Shown: positions 10,394 through 20,380, counted from the first letter of the stretch. The stretch: 64,000 nucleotides of DNA from Gammaproteobacteria bacterium (GCA_965277715.1 OZ255836.1:4111632-4175631), one strand, 5' to 3'. Made by a program: numbers and translations. Notes: a model not told the origin generated them from the letters alone.

Positions 10394-11571
10394 TGAAATA
10401 CAAGAGGGTATTCAGTTTTACTATGTACTTTTTGACTCGACCATTTTATTTTCTTGTCGCACTTGGCGTCATATTTACGCCCTTATTTGCCGTTGCTGCG
10501 CTACCGGCACCGGCTGCCCCCAAGATCGCTGCCATCAGTTATCTGCTGTTGGATTTTAACAGCAGTGCAGTGATTGCCGGAGAGAACATCGATATCAAAG
10601 TAGAGCCTGCCAGCCTGACCAAAATGATGACGGCATATATCGTTTACAGCGAACTGGCGAGTGGCAGCTTATCCAAAAATGATGTGGTATTAATCAGTGA
10701 AAAAGCCTGGCGTATGGGTGGGTCACGCATGTTCATCGAAGTGGACAGCCAGGTGTCGATCAACAATTTGGTGCGTGGTCTCATTGTGCAATCGGGTAAC
10801 GATGCGAGTGTCGCGCTGGCTGAGGCTATCGCGGGTAGCGAGCAGCAGTTTGCAGTGTATATGAATGACTATGCCAAAAAACTGGGCATGAGCGGTTCAC
10901 ACTTTGTCAACAGCACCGGGCTACCGGATGAACAGCACTACACTACGGCGCGTGATATGGGGCTGCTGGCCCAGGCGTTGATTCGCGATTTTCCCGATGA
11001 ATATAAACTCTACGCCGAGCGTGAATTTACCTACAACAACATTCGCCAATACAACCGCAACAAATTGTTGTGGCGTGATAAAACGGTCGATGGCATTAAA
11101 ACCGGGCATACCCAGAGCGCGGGATACTGCCTGGTCGCCTCTGCACTGCGCAATGATATGCGCATTATCTCCATAGTGTTGGGCGCTAACAGCGATAAAT
11201 CCCGCAACAATGAAAGCCAGCGGTTGCTCGAATATGGCTTTCGTTTTTTCCAGACAAAACACCTTTACAGCAAAGACCAAATACTGGAATCACCGCGTAT
11301 CTGGAAAGGCGAAGTAGACGTATTACCGCTAGGGTTGGCAGAGGATTTATACATCACCCTGCCGAGCAGTCACAAGGGAGCGCTGAAGACATCATTGCAA
11401 TACGATAATGACATTATTGCACCGGTCGCGGCGGGGCAGATGGTAGGGGTATTACAGGTTACCTCTGGTGACGAGCTCATTGCCGAGCGGCCACTGGTCG
11501 CATTGACAGGGGTGGCAGAGGGTAGCTTTTTGGGGCGCATGGTGGATACCGTGTTGCGCTACTTCTACTGA
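10393..11571 (+). CDS. D-alanyl-D-alanine carboxypeptidase (PBP5/6 family, S11 peptidase)
   Basis: SxxK (SLTKMM), SGN (QSGNDAS) and KTG (KTGHT) motifs plus a C-terminal PBP5_C domain. The ATG overlaps the rlpA stop. Confidence 0.85.
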   Translation: MKYKRVFSFTMYFLTRPFYFLVALGVIFTPLFAVAALPAPAAPKIAAISYLLLDFNSSAVIAGENIDIKVEPASLTKMMTAYIVYSELASGSLSKNDVVLISEKAWRMGGSRMFIEVDSQVSINNLVRGLIVQSGNDASVALAEAIAGSEQQFAVYMNDYAKKLGMSGSHFVNSTGLPDEQHYTTARDMGLLAQALIRDFPDEYKLYAEREFTYNNIRQYNRNKLLWRDKTVDGIKTGHTQSAGYCLVASALRNDMRIISIVLGANSDKSRNNESQRLLEYGFRFFQTKHLYSKDQILESPRIWKGEVDVLPLGLAEDLYITLPSSHKGALKTSLQYDNDIIAPVAAGQMVGVLQVTSGDELIAERPLVALTGVAEGSFLGRMVDTVLRYFY

Positions 11572-11612
11572 AAAACACAGTGTTAATCGATTAAATGGCT
11601 GAGTGATATACC

Positions 11613-12476
11613 GTGACAACTGATTCCCCCGCGTACTTTAATGGTGCCTTTTTACCTTTATCCCAGGTGAGCATTTCACCGCTGGACCGTGGCTTTTTAT
11701 TTGGTGATGGCGTCTATGAAGTCATTCCCGCCTACGGTCGGCAGTGCCTCGCTCTCGATGCACACCTCGACCGGCTGGCAGACAGCCTGGCGGGTATTGC
11801 TTTAAACAATCCCCACACCCATGCGCAATGGCGCGGGATTCTGCAACGGCTGGTCGATGCAGAACCCGCCATCGACAAGAAACTCTACCTACAGGTGACA
11901 CGCGGTGTACAGGTGGTGCGCCACCACGATTTTAATGGCGATGAACAAGCCACCGTGTTTGCTATGTGCTCGCCGCAGGCAGCACCGACTGACGCCGTAT
12001 TGGAAACCGGCGTTAGCGTCTACACACAAGCGGAAATGCGCTGGGCGCACTGCAACCTGAAAGCCATTTCACTACTACCGAATATACTGCTTAAACACGC
12101 CTCTTCACAGCGCGGCGGCGCAGAGACCCTGGTACTCAAAGGTGACCGTGTGATTGAAGGCTCGTCCAGCAACGTATTCATCGTCACCGGTGGGGTAATA
12201 CACACCCCGACTATCGGTACTGAAATACTCCCCGGTGTTACCCGCACTTTATTGATTGATATGGCCGGAGCATTGGGTTTTCAGGTAATACAGGCTGACG
12301 TACTGCTCGCGGACCTGATGCGTGCAGATGAAGTGTGGGTCAGCAGCTCCACCCGGGGGGTTATCGCAGTCACGCGTGTCGATGACATCACCATCGGCGA
12401 CGGCAGGCCGGGGCCGGTGTGGAAACAACTGTACGATCGATACGCCCAACTGCTCGATAGCCTGCGCAATGGCTGA
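11613..12476 (+). CDS. dat: class IV (fold-type IV) aminotransferase, likely D-amino-acid aminotransferase
   Basis: 287 aa with RGFLFGDGVYEVIP and other class-IV aminotransferase signatures. GTG start. Confidence 0.6.
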   Translation: MTTDSPAYFNGAFLPLSQVSISPLDRGFLFGDGVYEVIPAYGRQCLALDAHLDRLADSLAGIALNNPHTHAQWRGILQRLVDAEPAIDKKLYLQVTRGVQVVRHHDFNGDEQATVFAMCSPQAAPTDAVLETGVSVYTQAEMRWAHCNLKAISLLPNILLKHASSQRGGAETLVLKGDRVIEGSSSNVFIVTGGVIHTPTIGTEILPGVTRTLLIDMAGALGFQVIQADVLLADLMRADEVWVSSSTRGVIAVTRVDDITIGDGRPGPVWKQLYDRYAQLLDSLRNG

Positions 12477-12735
12477 AGAAGAGACACTGCTCGAATTCCC
12501 CTGCCAGTTTTCAGTTAAAGCGATGGGCATCAACAGCCCCGATTTTAACCCGCTGATATATCAACTGGTTGCCAGCCATGTCAGCGGTTTGACAATGGGC
12601 GCACTGACCAGCAAGCCGAGCAGCAAGGGCAAATACACCTCGGTAACCGTCACCTTCACCGCCACCAGCAAAGCGCAGCTAGACACCATCTACCGGGCGC
12701 TAAGTGGCCATGAAAAGGTATTGATGGCACTCTAA
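12469..12735 (+). CDS. ybeD: YbeD/DUF493 family protein
   Basis: 89-aa ORF (MAEEETLLEFPCQFSVKAMG...) at the conserved position immediately upstream of lipB. It overlaps the dat stop by 8 nt. The longer six-frame ORF from 12322 is an upstream extension. Confidence 0.7.
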   Translation: MAEEETLLEFPCQFSVKAMGINSPDFNPLIYQLVASHVSGLTMGALTSKPSSKGKYTSVTVTFTATSKAQLDTIYRALSGHEKVLMAL

Positions 12736-13400
12736 TGCCTACACTTAACTGCCGTCGCCTGGCGTGCGTACCCTACAGCGAGGCATGGCGGGCGATGCAG
12801 GCATTCACCGATAACCGCCACCCTGAATCTGATGATGAATGCTGGCTGCTCGAACACCCACCGGTCTATACCCTTGGGCAGGCGGGGCGCCGCGAACATA
12901 TACACAACACAACCGGTATTCCGGTGGTGGAAAGTGATCGTGGTGGCCAGGTCACCTACCACGGCCCAGGCCAGCTTGTACTCTACACCCTCTTCGACCT
13001 GCGCAGGCTCGGTATTGGTGTGCGCAACCTGGTTATCCGCCTGGAAAACACCGTGATTCAACTACTGCAGCAGCAGGGCATTCACGCTGCAGGTCGGCGT
13101 GATGCGCCCGGTGTCTATGTCGATAAGGCAAAAATTGCCGCGCTCGGTTTACGTGTGCGCAAGGGGTGTTGTTACCACGGGCTGTCACTTAACGCACACA
13201 TGGACCTCACCCCGTTTGCCGGTATCAATCCCTGTGGTTACCCTGGCTTGCGCGTTACCCAATTGTGTGACCTGGGTGTCAACACCACACTGGATGACAT
13301 CGGTGGGCAACTCATCGACTGCCTGGCGGTCGAATTTGGCTACAATGTCGCCAGACCTTTTACTTCCCACTGGCCGTCCATCGCTCAGGAAACCCTATGA
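12735..13400 (+). CDS. lipB: octanoyl-ACP:protein N-octanoyltransferase
   Basis: Colinear with E. coli LipB ([38 protein letters not shown]). Its start overlaps the ybeD stop. Confidence 0.9.
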   Translation: MPTLNCRRLACVPYSEAWRAMQAFTDNRHPESDDECWLLEHPPVYTLGQAGRREHIHNTTGIPVVESDRGGQVTYHGPGQLVLYTLFDLRRLGIGVRNLVIRLENTVIQLLQQQGIHAAGRRDAPGVYVDKAKIAALGLRVRKGCCYHGLSLNAHMDLTPFAGINPCGYPGLRVTQLCDLGVNTTLDDIGGQLIDCLAVEFGYNVARPFTSHWPSIAQETL

Positions 13401-14368
13401 ACAGCTATACCGCTCCCTCACGCACAGACACAGACAAGCACCAGCGTGGCGCTGACAAGCTATCGCGTATACCAGTAAAAATAGCGCGCAGTGACGGCCC
13501 GCTGCTACGCAAACCCAACTGGATTCGCGCCAAAGCCCACACCCACCCGCGTGTTAAAGAAATCAAACGGATTATGCGGGAGCAAAAACTGCACTCAGTG
13601 TGCGAAGAGGCCAACTGCCCTAACCTGGGCGAATGTTTTAGCCACGGCACTGCAACCTTTATGATTATGGGGGACATCTGCACCCGGCGTTGCCCGTTCT
13701 GTGATGTATCGCATGGTCGCCCCGACCCGTTGGATGCAGACGAGCCGCGCAGGCTGGGGCAGACAATTGCGACGATGGGGCTCAGTTATGTCGTCATCAC
13801 CTCGGTTGACCGCGATGATCTGCGCGATGGTGGGGCGGCGCATTTTGCCGACTGTATTCGTGAAACGCGTGCGGCCAGCCCGGCTATCCAGATTGAAGTG
13901 CTGGTGCCGGATTTTCGGGGGCGGCTCGAAAAAGCGCTGGATGCATTGTCGGCAATGCCAGCGGACGTGTTCAATCACAACCTTGAAACCGTTCCACACT
14001 TATACCGTGCTGCGCGGCCAGGGTCTGATTACCAGTGGTCGTTAAATTTATTGAAGGCACACCGTGTGCGTTTTCCCCGTGTGCCGTGTAAATCCGGTTT
14101 GATGCTGGGTTTGGGAGAAACCCTTGATGAAGTGCGGGAGGTCATGCGTGACCTGCGTGCACATGGCGTGGAAATGCTGACCTTGGGGCAGTATTTGCAA
14201 CCATCGCGTGACCACCTGCCGGTTGCGCGTTTTGTCACGCCGGGTGAGTTTGACCAGCTTGCGGTGGAGGGGGAGGTGATGGGGTTTACCCATGTGGCGA
14301 GTGGGCCGATGGTGCGCTCTTCTTATCATGCCGATATTCAGGCGGCGGAGGTGTTGCGGGAGGCGTGA
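13397..14368 (+). CDS. lipA: lipoyl synthase (radical SAM)
   Basis: The [12 protein letters not shown] and CTRRCPFC cysteine clusters are colinear with E. coli LipA. Overlaps the lipB stop. Confidence 0.9.
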   Translation: MNSYTAPSRTDTDKHQRGADKLSRIPVKIARSDGPLLRKPNWIRAKAHTHPRVKEIKRIMREQKLHSVCEEANCPNLGECFSHGTATFMIMGDICTRRCPFCDVSHGRPDPLDADEPRRLGQTIATMGLSYVVITSVDRDDLRDGGAAHFADCIRETRAASPAIQIEVLVPDFRGRLEKALDALSAMPADVFNHNLETVPHLYRAARPGSDYQWSLNLLKAHRVRFPRVPCKSGLMLGLGETLDEVREVMRDLRAHGVEMLTLGQYLQPSRDHLPVARFVTPGEFDQLAVEGEVMGFTHVASGPMVRSSYHADIQAAEVLREA

Positions 14369-14400
14369 GTGGTGCTGGCGGTAGAATGTAGGGTTGCGGG

Positions 14401-16365
14401 CTAACCCTGCAAACCCGCAGTAAATGTTTCAAGGTCATGCCGAATGTCGTCAATAAACTGTTCGACAATGGGCAGTTGTTGATTAGTGTACTGTGTTGCC
14501 TGGTCGACATTTTCGTAAGTATTACTGTGTGCATAAATATATAACAGAGCATTTTTTATAACAGCACCGAGAATAATTTGCGTCGCAAACAGGTTATTGC
14601 TGTTGTGTACACAAAAATAAATCGCATCCAATGTGTCAATAATATCAGCTCTGTCTACACAGGGTGTTTGGGTCTGCCGCTGGATAGCGCGCTGAACCGA
14701 TTTAATCTCTGTACACATTTTCCCCATGCCATCAGTAAAGTGCTTCAGCGAGTAAGACGAACGTGAAAAACAGGACGCGATAGCGTTGCGGACACGCGCA
14801 CGGGGAACCGAAGCAGTGGGTAGCAGCAGTGCATTTGCCGCGAGGCTATGCGTACCACTGATGTAGGCACCATCACTGCAGTTATAGACCTTTTGTGTAG
14901 GAAATACCGCCGTTGCCTGCGACAAGGTTTTTATACCCCAAGTGTAGAGGTCATTGCACAAAACAGCGCCGCCAAAATTCCCCGCCACTTCACTGTCGGT
15001 AATGGGTTTATAGGCCGCCATAGTGGCGTCTTTTTCTGTCATTTCGTAGATCGTGCCATCGGCATGGTGCTTGCCGGCTGATTTCATGCCCATATCCACG
15101 CCAAACAGGTAGATCGATTTAAACCCTAATGTGAGTGCCAATACGCTGCCAAAATTGGCCGCTACCGGGTGCGTATAAGATAAGCGCGGTAGTGCAACGG
15201 GAAACAGGCTGCTGCCGCTGTCATCGTTCTTCAATGCCAGAGAGCAGGAGGCAAAATGGCGGCTGACTTCAGGGCAGACGACGTTGAGTGCAATCAGGTG
15301 GATTTGTTTGAGTTTTTCTGTCTGCGCCAATAGGGTCAGTGCGCGGTCAACATAGGGTAGGCGCTCCTGCTCAATATGGATATCCGGCACGATGTTGTGG
15401 TGTAGCAGGGCGCCAATAGCAGTACCGCAGGAGATGAGTATAACCTGCTCGCGGTGTTTGCGAAGGGTGGCTATCCGGGTATCGAGTGATGGCCCCGCCG
15501 CGACGATGAATACAGGAAAATTCCGGTATTTTTTTAATGCGCTATTGAGTAGTGGGTGCCGGTTGCGCAGGTTTTGTGCGGTGTGTTGTAGGCCTTGCTT
15601 TTCATCGTCATAAAAGCCAAAACCGCGTGCCGCCAAGGGTAGTATTTTTTTTAATTGCAAGCGTAGTTCTGTGTAGTAGTCACCGGCGATGTGATGAAAA
15701 AATAAATACTGCGTGGCGAATATCGGGCTGTGCTTACGTACACTGGTGAGTGTTTGCTCACAGGCGTGTTCGATATTGTCACCGAGGATAATATCGAGCT
15801 GATGGTGTGGCTTGATAAAGTGAGCAAATACCTGGCGCCAGTCGATGCAATAAAGCGAGGCCAATAAAAATTCGACATTCGCTTCATACAGTACCAGGTG
15901 GCGCAATTTTAATTTTTTACTGAGATGTTCCAGGTGGTAGCCGGTGCCAATACCAAAACAAATTAATAATGGGGTGTTGTGCCGGTCGTATTGATAGGCA
16001 GTAATCGCCTGCGGTATGTTTTTCTGCATAGGAATAATGTTTCGCAGAAAAGTATTTTGACAATTGGAGTCTGCTGAAGGTGCCAGTGGGTACAGCGCAA
16101 AAGAGTCCGGGTTTACCAGAAAATCATTAACCTGCTGTCGGCTGACGTGCCAGGGATCATCCGGGTACACCGAGTGCCCGTGGGTTAATAAACGCATACC
16201 GTGTTCGCTTAGGTCGACCTGGGTATGCTGGAGGGTACGTTGCGCGATATGTGCATGTAGCGCGGGTTGGTGTAGCGAGAACTGCTGTAGGTTATCGATA
16301 TAACGGCGTTGCATTTGCCCGGCCATTTGTTGCAGTTCATCGAGTGTCTGAGCGGTTGCAGCCAT
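14401..16365 (-). CDS. DUF115 / MptE-like motility-accessory-factor (Maf) family protein, a putative flagellin glycosyltransferase
   Basis: 654 aa. The central region has the DUF115/Maf signature (FIVAAGPSLD ... ILISCGTAIGALLHHNIVPD). It is encoded divergently, immediately upstream of fliC, as Maf genes are in other flagellin-glycosylating bacteria. Confidence 0.5.
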   Translation of the reverse strand: MAATAQTLDELQQMAGQMQRRYIDNLQQFSLHQPALHAHIAQRTLQHTQVDLSEHGMRLLTHGHSVYPDDPWHVSRQQVNDFLVNPDSFALYPLAPSADSNCQNTFLRNIIPMQKNIPQAITAYQYDRHNTPLLICFGIGTGYHLEHLSKKLKLRHLVLYEANVEFLLASLYCIDWRQVFAHFIKPHHQLDIILGDNIEHACEQTLTSVRKHSPIFATQYLFFHHIAGDYYTELRLQLKKILPLAARGFGFYDDEKQGLQHTAQNLRNRHPLLNSALKKYRNFPVFIVAAGPSLDTRIATLRKHREQVILISCGTAIGALLHHNIVPDIHIEQERLPYVDRALTLLAQTEKLKQIHLIALNVVCPEVSRHFASCSLALKNDDSGSSLFPVALPRLSYTHPVAANFGSVLALTLGFKSIYLFGVDMGMKSAGKHHADGTIYEMTEKDATMAAYKPITDSEVAGNFGGAVLCNDLYTWGIKTLSQATAVFPTQKVYNCSDGAYISGTHSLAANALLLPTASVPRARVRNAIASCFSRSSYSLKHFTDGMGKMCTEIKSVQRAIQRQTQTPCVDRADIIDTLDAIYFCVHNSNNLFATQIILGAVIKNALLYIYAHSNTYENVDQATQYTNQQLPIVEQFIDDIRHDLETFTAGLQG

Positions 16366-16632
16366 TGTTTTCAGCCTTTTTTTACAGCGTGGGCTGTATG
16401 TTTTGGGTGCCGGTATGTTGTTGCAGGGCGTGGCGGATTATGTCCCCTCTCTGGCCGAAACCTGCCGCCTGGAAATACAACTCCTCTCTATTTTTAGCGT
16501 TGAAGTTATCGGTGTTGACGCCGTTATCTATCGCTGTGTTGGCTGTCGCCATATCGTTATCTGCCTGATGAGGTTAACAACGTAAAGCAATTAGGTTGCC
16601 AGCCGTTCAATTGATCCGGGTCTTGATTGAGT

Positions 16633-16659
16633 TAAAGGTTTTTTACAGTGTGTCGATAC
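16633..16659 (+). promoter_or_regulatory. sigma28 (FliA)-type promoter upstream of fliC
   Basis: TAAAGGTT-N11-GTCGATAC, against the consensus TAAAGTTT-N11-GCCGATAA. It lies about 105 nt upstream of the fliC start. Confidence 0.55.
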
Positions 16660-16764
16660 CCCCCACAGAGTGACAACAAACTGCGGGATAAGGCCGCTAC
16701 CTGTGTACTCCCTGGGGCCCGATGGGGCTGCCAATAAACTAAACAGTGATTTTGGAGAAAGACA

Positions 16765-18231
16765 ATGGCATTAACGATTAATACAAATGTCGCCAGCCTG
16801 AATGCGCAGCGGAACCTGACGGGGACTCAGCGCGATTTGGGTACGGCGTTACAACGGTTGTCGTCTGGTTTGCGCGTTAACAGCGCAAAAGATGATGCAG
16901 CGGGCCTCGCTATTGCCGCCCGGTTTACCGCACAAATCCGGGGTTCAGATCAGGCAGCGAGAAATGCTAATGACGGTATTTCTGTGTTACAGATTGCTGA
17001 AGGTGCCTTGAATGAAGTGTCTTCTAACTTACAGCGTATTCGCGAGCTGGCCGTGCAATCGGCCAATGCCAGTAACTCCAGCAGCGACCGTGCGAAGCTG
17101 AATAACGAGTCCGCACAGTTAATTGCTGAAATAGACCGCGTTGCAAGCAACACGAATTTTAACGGGTTAAATTTGCTGGATGGCACTTTTACCGGCCAGC
17201 GGTTACAGGTGGGCGCCGATTCGAACGCATCTAACCAGATTAGCATAACGCAAATTGCCAGTGCACGTTCTGGCGCGTTAGGGGTGGGTGGCCAATCGTC
17301 TTATTCTACGACCGTTACCGGCGGGGCGGTAACCGCTGCGACTGCCCTGGTTTCAGGTGGTATTACTATCAACGGTTTTCAGGTCGGTGCCAGTATTGCC
17401 GATGGGGTGTCATTCAATAATTCCACCGGTAGTGGTATTGCCAAAGCGGCGGCGATTAACGCGATCTCTACCAATACTAATGTTGTTGCCACTACATCGG
17501 CGACAACACTGACTGGAACGGTTAATACCGCAGCAACAACAGACAGCGATGGCGCTACCCTCAATGGTGTGGCACTGGGCACGGTTGTCGCTGTAGGTGC
17601 GGCCAACCTCGATCAGAAGGTGACTAACTTCACCGCCGCTGTTAACGCCATTAGCAGCCAGACGGGTGTAACGGCAACGATTACCAATGTCACGGCAGGT
17701 ACGTATACGCTGACTGCAGCAGATGGCCGGAATATCGATTATGTTGCTGACACAACCACCAATGGTTCTGTCGGTGGCGCGGCCGATGCCTCAGCTACCA
17801 GTAATATTGTACTGACCTCGACAAGCTCTACCGGCATCACCATCGGTGGTACTGCGGCGCAAATTGCCGCCGCAGGCCTGACCGGTGGCGCCAATGCTGC
17901 CACAGTGACCGTTAGTGCAGGTGTCTCCGCGCTGGATTTATCGACGGTGACAGGTTCTACCTCGGCACTGGGGGTCATTGATGCGGCGATAGAGAACATC
18001 GCCAACAGCCGGGCATCGCTGGGTGCATTCCAGAACCGCTTGGAATCGACCATATCCAATCTGCAGATTCAATCTGAAAACCTCAGTGCGTCACGCGGTC
18101 GGATTCAGGACGCGGATTTTGCCGCTGAGACGGCGAGCCTGTCGCGTTCACAGATTCTGCAACAGGCGGGTACGGCCATTCTGGCACAGGCTAACGCCCT
18201 GCCACAAAGCGTCTTGTCACTGCTACAGTAA
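16765..18231 (+). CDS. fliC: flagellin
   Basis: Canonical N-terminus (MALTINTNVASLNAQRNL..LSSGLRVNSAKDDAAGLAIA) and C-terminus (SRGRIQDADFAAETASLSRSQILQQAGTAILAQANALPQSVLSLLQ). It has a long, low-complexity central domain rich in T/S/A/G. Confidence 0.9.
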   Translation: MALTINTNVASLNAQRNLTGTQRDLGTALQRLSSGLRVNSAKDDAAGLAIAARFTAQIRGSDQAARNANDGISVLQIAEGALNEVSSNLQRIRELAVQSANASNSSSDRAKLNNESAQLIAEIDRVASNTNFNGLNLLDGTFTGQRLQVGADSNASNQISITQIASARSGALGVGGQSSYSTTVTGGAVTAATALVSGGITINGFQVGASIADGVSFNNSTGSGIAKAAAINAISTNTNVVATTSATTLTGTVNTAATTDSDGATLNGVALGTVVAVGAANLDQKVTNFTAAVNAISSQTGVTATITNVTAGTYTLTAADGRNIDYVADTTTNGSVGGAADASATSNIVLTSTSSTGITIGGTAAQIAAAGLTGGANAATVTVSAGVSALDLSTVTGSTSALGVIDAAIENIANSRASLGAFQNRLESTISNLQIQSENLSASRGRIQDADFAAETASLSRSQILQQAGTAILAQANALPQSVLSLLQ

Positions 18232-18249
18232 CAAACGTTTCCGCATGAG

Positions 18250-18286
18250 GCGGGGTGAGGTATCAGCCTGATACCTCACCGCCGCT
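18250..18286 (+). terminator. strong near-perfect palindromic stem-loop 3' of fliC (attenuator or stabiliser; no U-tract)
   Basis: GGCGGGGTGAGGTATCAG-C-CTGATACCTCACCGCCGC is a 15-17 bp stem with a 3-nt loop. It starts 19 nt after the fliC stop. It is not followed by a T-run. Confidence 0.4.
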
Positions 18287-18308
18287 GAAACGCAAGAGAG
18301 TCAAAGCC

Positions 18309-18725
18309 ATGAGAATTGAAACACAAAATGCAGTTGCCCGGGATTCAGCTACACAGGCACAAAGTGGCCCTGCTGTGCTTGCACCGGTAATCCGGCTCGA
18401 TCCCACAGCGCGGCAATCACCTGCAGGTACTGAACAGGCCTTGCCGGGAAATGCCGCTTTGGATAGCTCTGGGGCAGAAACTGAGCAGCTAAACGCCGCC
18501 GTGCGCAACATTAACGATTACGTACAGCGCTTGCAGCGCACCCTGCAGTTTTCTGTTGATGATGATACGGGCACCACGGTTGTCAAAGTGCTCAATGCGG
18601 AGACTGATGAGCTTATTCGTCAGTTTCCCCCGGAAGAAGCGCTGGCATTGGCCCGCCATTTGCAGTCGTCTCAGGAAACGCAGGCGCTTGACAATAGTGG
18701 TCTGATCTTACGTGCCCGTGCCTGA
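18309..18725 (+). CDS. flaG: flagellar protein FlaG
   Basis: 139-aa protein between fliC and fliD, with the FlaG-family C-terminal pattern (LQFSVDDDTGTTVVKVLNAETDELIRQFPPEEALALARHL). I place the start at the ATG at 18309, because the upstream extension of the six-frame ORF (from 18255) overlaps the fliC 3' stem-loop. Confidence 0.6.
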   Translation: MRIETQNAVARDSATQAQSGPAVLAPVIRLDPTARQSPAGTEQALPGNAALDSSGAETEQLNAAVRNINDYVQRLQRTLQFSVDDDTGTTVVKVLNAETDELIRQFPPEEALALARHLQSSQETQALDNSGLILRARA

Positions 18726-18847
18726 TGGGGTGTTTGAAATGGGGTTTTATAACGCACGCCAATGGGGTAAACCGTCGTGTTTACCCCGTTTAGAATGGTT
18801 CAGGTGTTAATGACCCAGGTGTTAATGGCCCAGGTGTACTAATGATC

Positions 18848-18863
18848 TGGGCGTACTTTTGCA
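18848..18863 (+). promoter_or_regulatory. sigma54-type -24/-12 promoter upstream of fliD
   Basis: TGGGCG-N5-TTGCA matches GG-N10-GC against the consensus TGGCAC-N5-TTGCW. It lies about 100 nt upstream of fliD. A FleQ-type enhancer-binding protein is encoded in the same cluster. Confidence 0.45.
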
Positions 18864-18961
18864 TCAGCGGGCTGAGACGCCAACAAACCTTTTGCAACAC
18901 ACCTGGCGGATTCGTATAGGTCTCACCGAACAATCAACGTGTGCGCGGTATTTGACGCACA

Positions 18962-20380
18962 TTGGATTTAACCATGATCACATCGGCTGGTATAGGCTCC
19001 GGGCTTGATATTGAAAATATAATAACGCAGCTGGTAACCGCTGAAGGTCAGCCTGCTGCGCAGAGATTGGATCGACGTGAAGCGGGATACCAGGCTGAAT
19101 TGTCTGGCTTGGGGCAAGTGAATTCAGCGCTCTCGCAATTTCGAACAAGTGTCACCACACTGCAAAATTTTGGCACTTCACAGCCGCGTGTGGCAACGGT
19201 GAGTGACAGCACTGTATTCACTGCATCAGCGACTGGCAGCGCGGTTTCTGCAAGTTACCAGATCCAGGTTAATGCGATTGCCGAAGCGCACCGTGTGAGC
19301 ACAGCAGGCGTCGCGACATCCAGTACCGCAACAGGCACTGGCACGCTGACAATCACCACCAACAGCAAATCGTTTAATGTGGTGGTCAATACCACTAATA
19401 ACACACTGGCCGGCATTCGCAGTGCCATTAATAGTGCTCAGGACAACACGGGTGTGAGTGCAACGATCGTCAATGTCGACAATGGTACGGGTGGTACGGA
19501 GAGTCGGCTGGTGTTAAGTGCGACTAACACGGGCACCCTGCACAACATCACCGTCTCAGCGGATGACGACGACAACAATGATACCGATACCTCGGGCTTA
19601 TCAATTATTTCCACGGCCAATTTGAGCGTGCTGAATGCGGCAGTCAATGCCAGTATTAGCATTGACGGGCAAACGGTTACCCGCGCTTCAAATACCATTA
19701 GTGATGCCATCGACGGGGTTTCATTGACGCTGCAAAAAGCCGATGTCGGCGTCAATAAAACCTTGACTGTCGGGCTTGATAAAGCGGCGGTCCGCACGGC
19801 TGTATCCACATTTGTCTCCACCTACAATTCGTTGCAGGGGACGTTAAACCAATTGACATTTTACAACGCCACCAATAACACCTCTGGGGCGTTGCTGGGG
19901 GATGCCACATTGCGTAATGTGAGGAACCAGATATCACAACAACTGAGCCAGACGGTGGCCGCTGTCAGCGGTACATTTAATAGCCTGCCCAGTATTGGCA
20001 TTGTTTCTGATGCCAGCGGCAACTTTCAACTGAATAACACCGTGTTCAACGCCGCGCTGGACAGCAACTTTAATGACATCAATACATTGTTTGCCGACGG
20101 CACAAATGGGATTGCCGTCAAACTGAGAACACTGCTCGATTCCTATCTTGGCAGCAGTGGCATCTTGCGAACACGCACCGATGGGTTACAAACCAGCATT
20201 AGCTCGATCAGCGATTCACGCCAACAACTGAGTGATCGATTGATACGTATTGAAGCGCGCTTTCGCACGGAGTTTACCGCGCTGGATACGCTGGTGGCCA
20301 ATTTCCAATCAACCGCAAATTTTCTTACGCAACAACTGGCGAACCTACCAGGGTTTACCCGTGCCCGTAATAACAGTTAA
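18962..20380 (+). CDS. fliD: flagellar filament cap protein FliD
   Basis: 472 aa with FliD N- and C-terminal coiled-coil regions and a central variable domain. Gene order is fliC-flaG-fliD-fliS. Confidence 0.8.
   Translation: MDLTMITSAGIGSGLDIENIITQLVTAEGQPAAQRLDRREAGYQAELSGLGQVNSALSQFRTSVTTLQNFGTSQPRVATVSDSTVFTASATGSAVSASYQIQVNAIAEAHRVSTAGVATSSTATGTGTLTITTNSKSFNVVVNTTNNTLAGIRSAINSAQDNTGVSATIVNVDNGTGGTESRLVLSATNTGTLHNITVSADDDDNNDTDTSGLSIISTANLSVLNAAVNASISIDGQTVTRASNTISDAIDGVSLTLQKADVGVNKTLTVGLDKAAVRTAVSTFVSTYNSLQGTLNQLTFYNATNNTSGALLGDATLRNVRNQISQQLSQTVAAVSGTFNSLPSIGIVSDASGNFQLNNTVFNAALDSNFNDINTLFADGTNGIAVKLRTLLDSYLGSSGILRTRTDGLQTSISSISDSRQQLSDRLIRIEARFRTEFTALDTLVANFQSTANFLTQQLANLPGFTRARNNS

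Noticed and set aside
14385-14415. Possible bidirectional terminator between the convergent lipA and maf-like genes (GGGTTGCGGGCTAACCCTGCAAACCCGCAG)
   Set aside because: Only a short imperfect dyad with no T-run on either strand. Not enough to call.
17379-18059. Minus-strand ORFs rich in A/V/T inside fliC
   Set aside because: Antisense of the low-complexity flagellin central domain.
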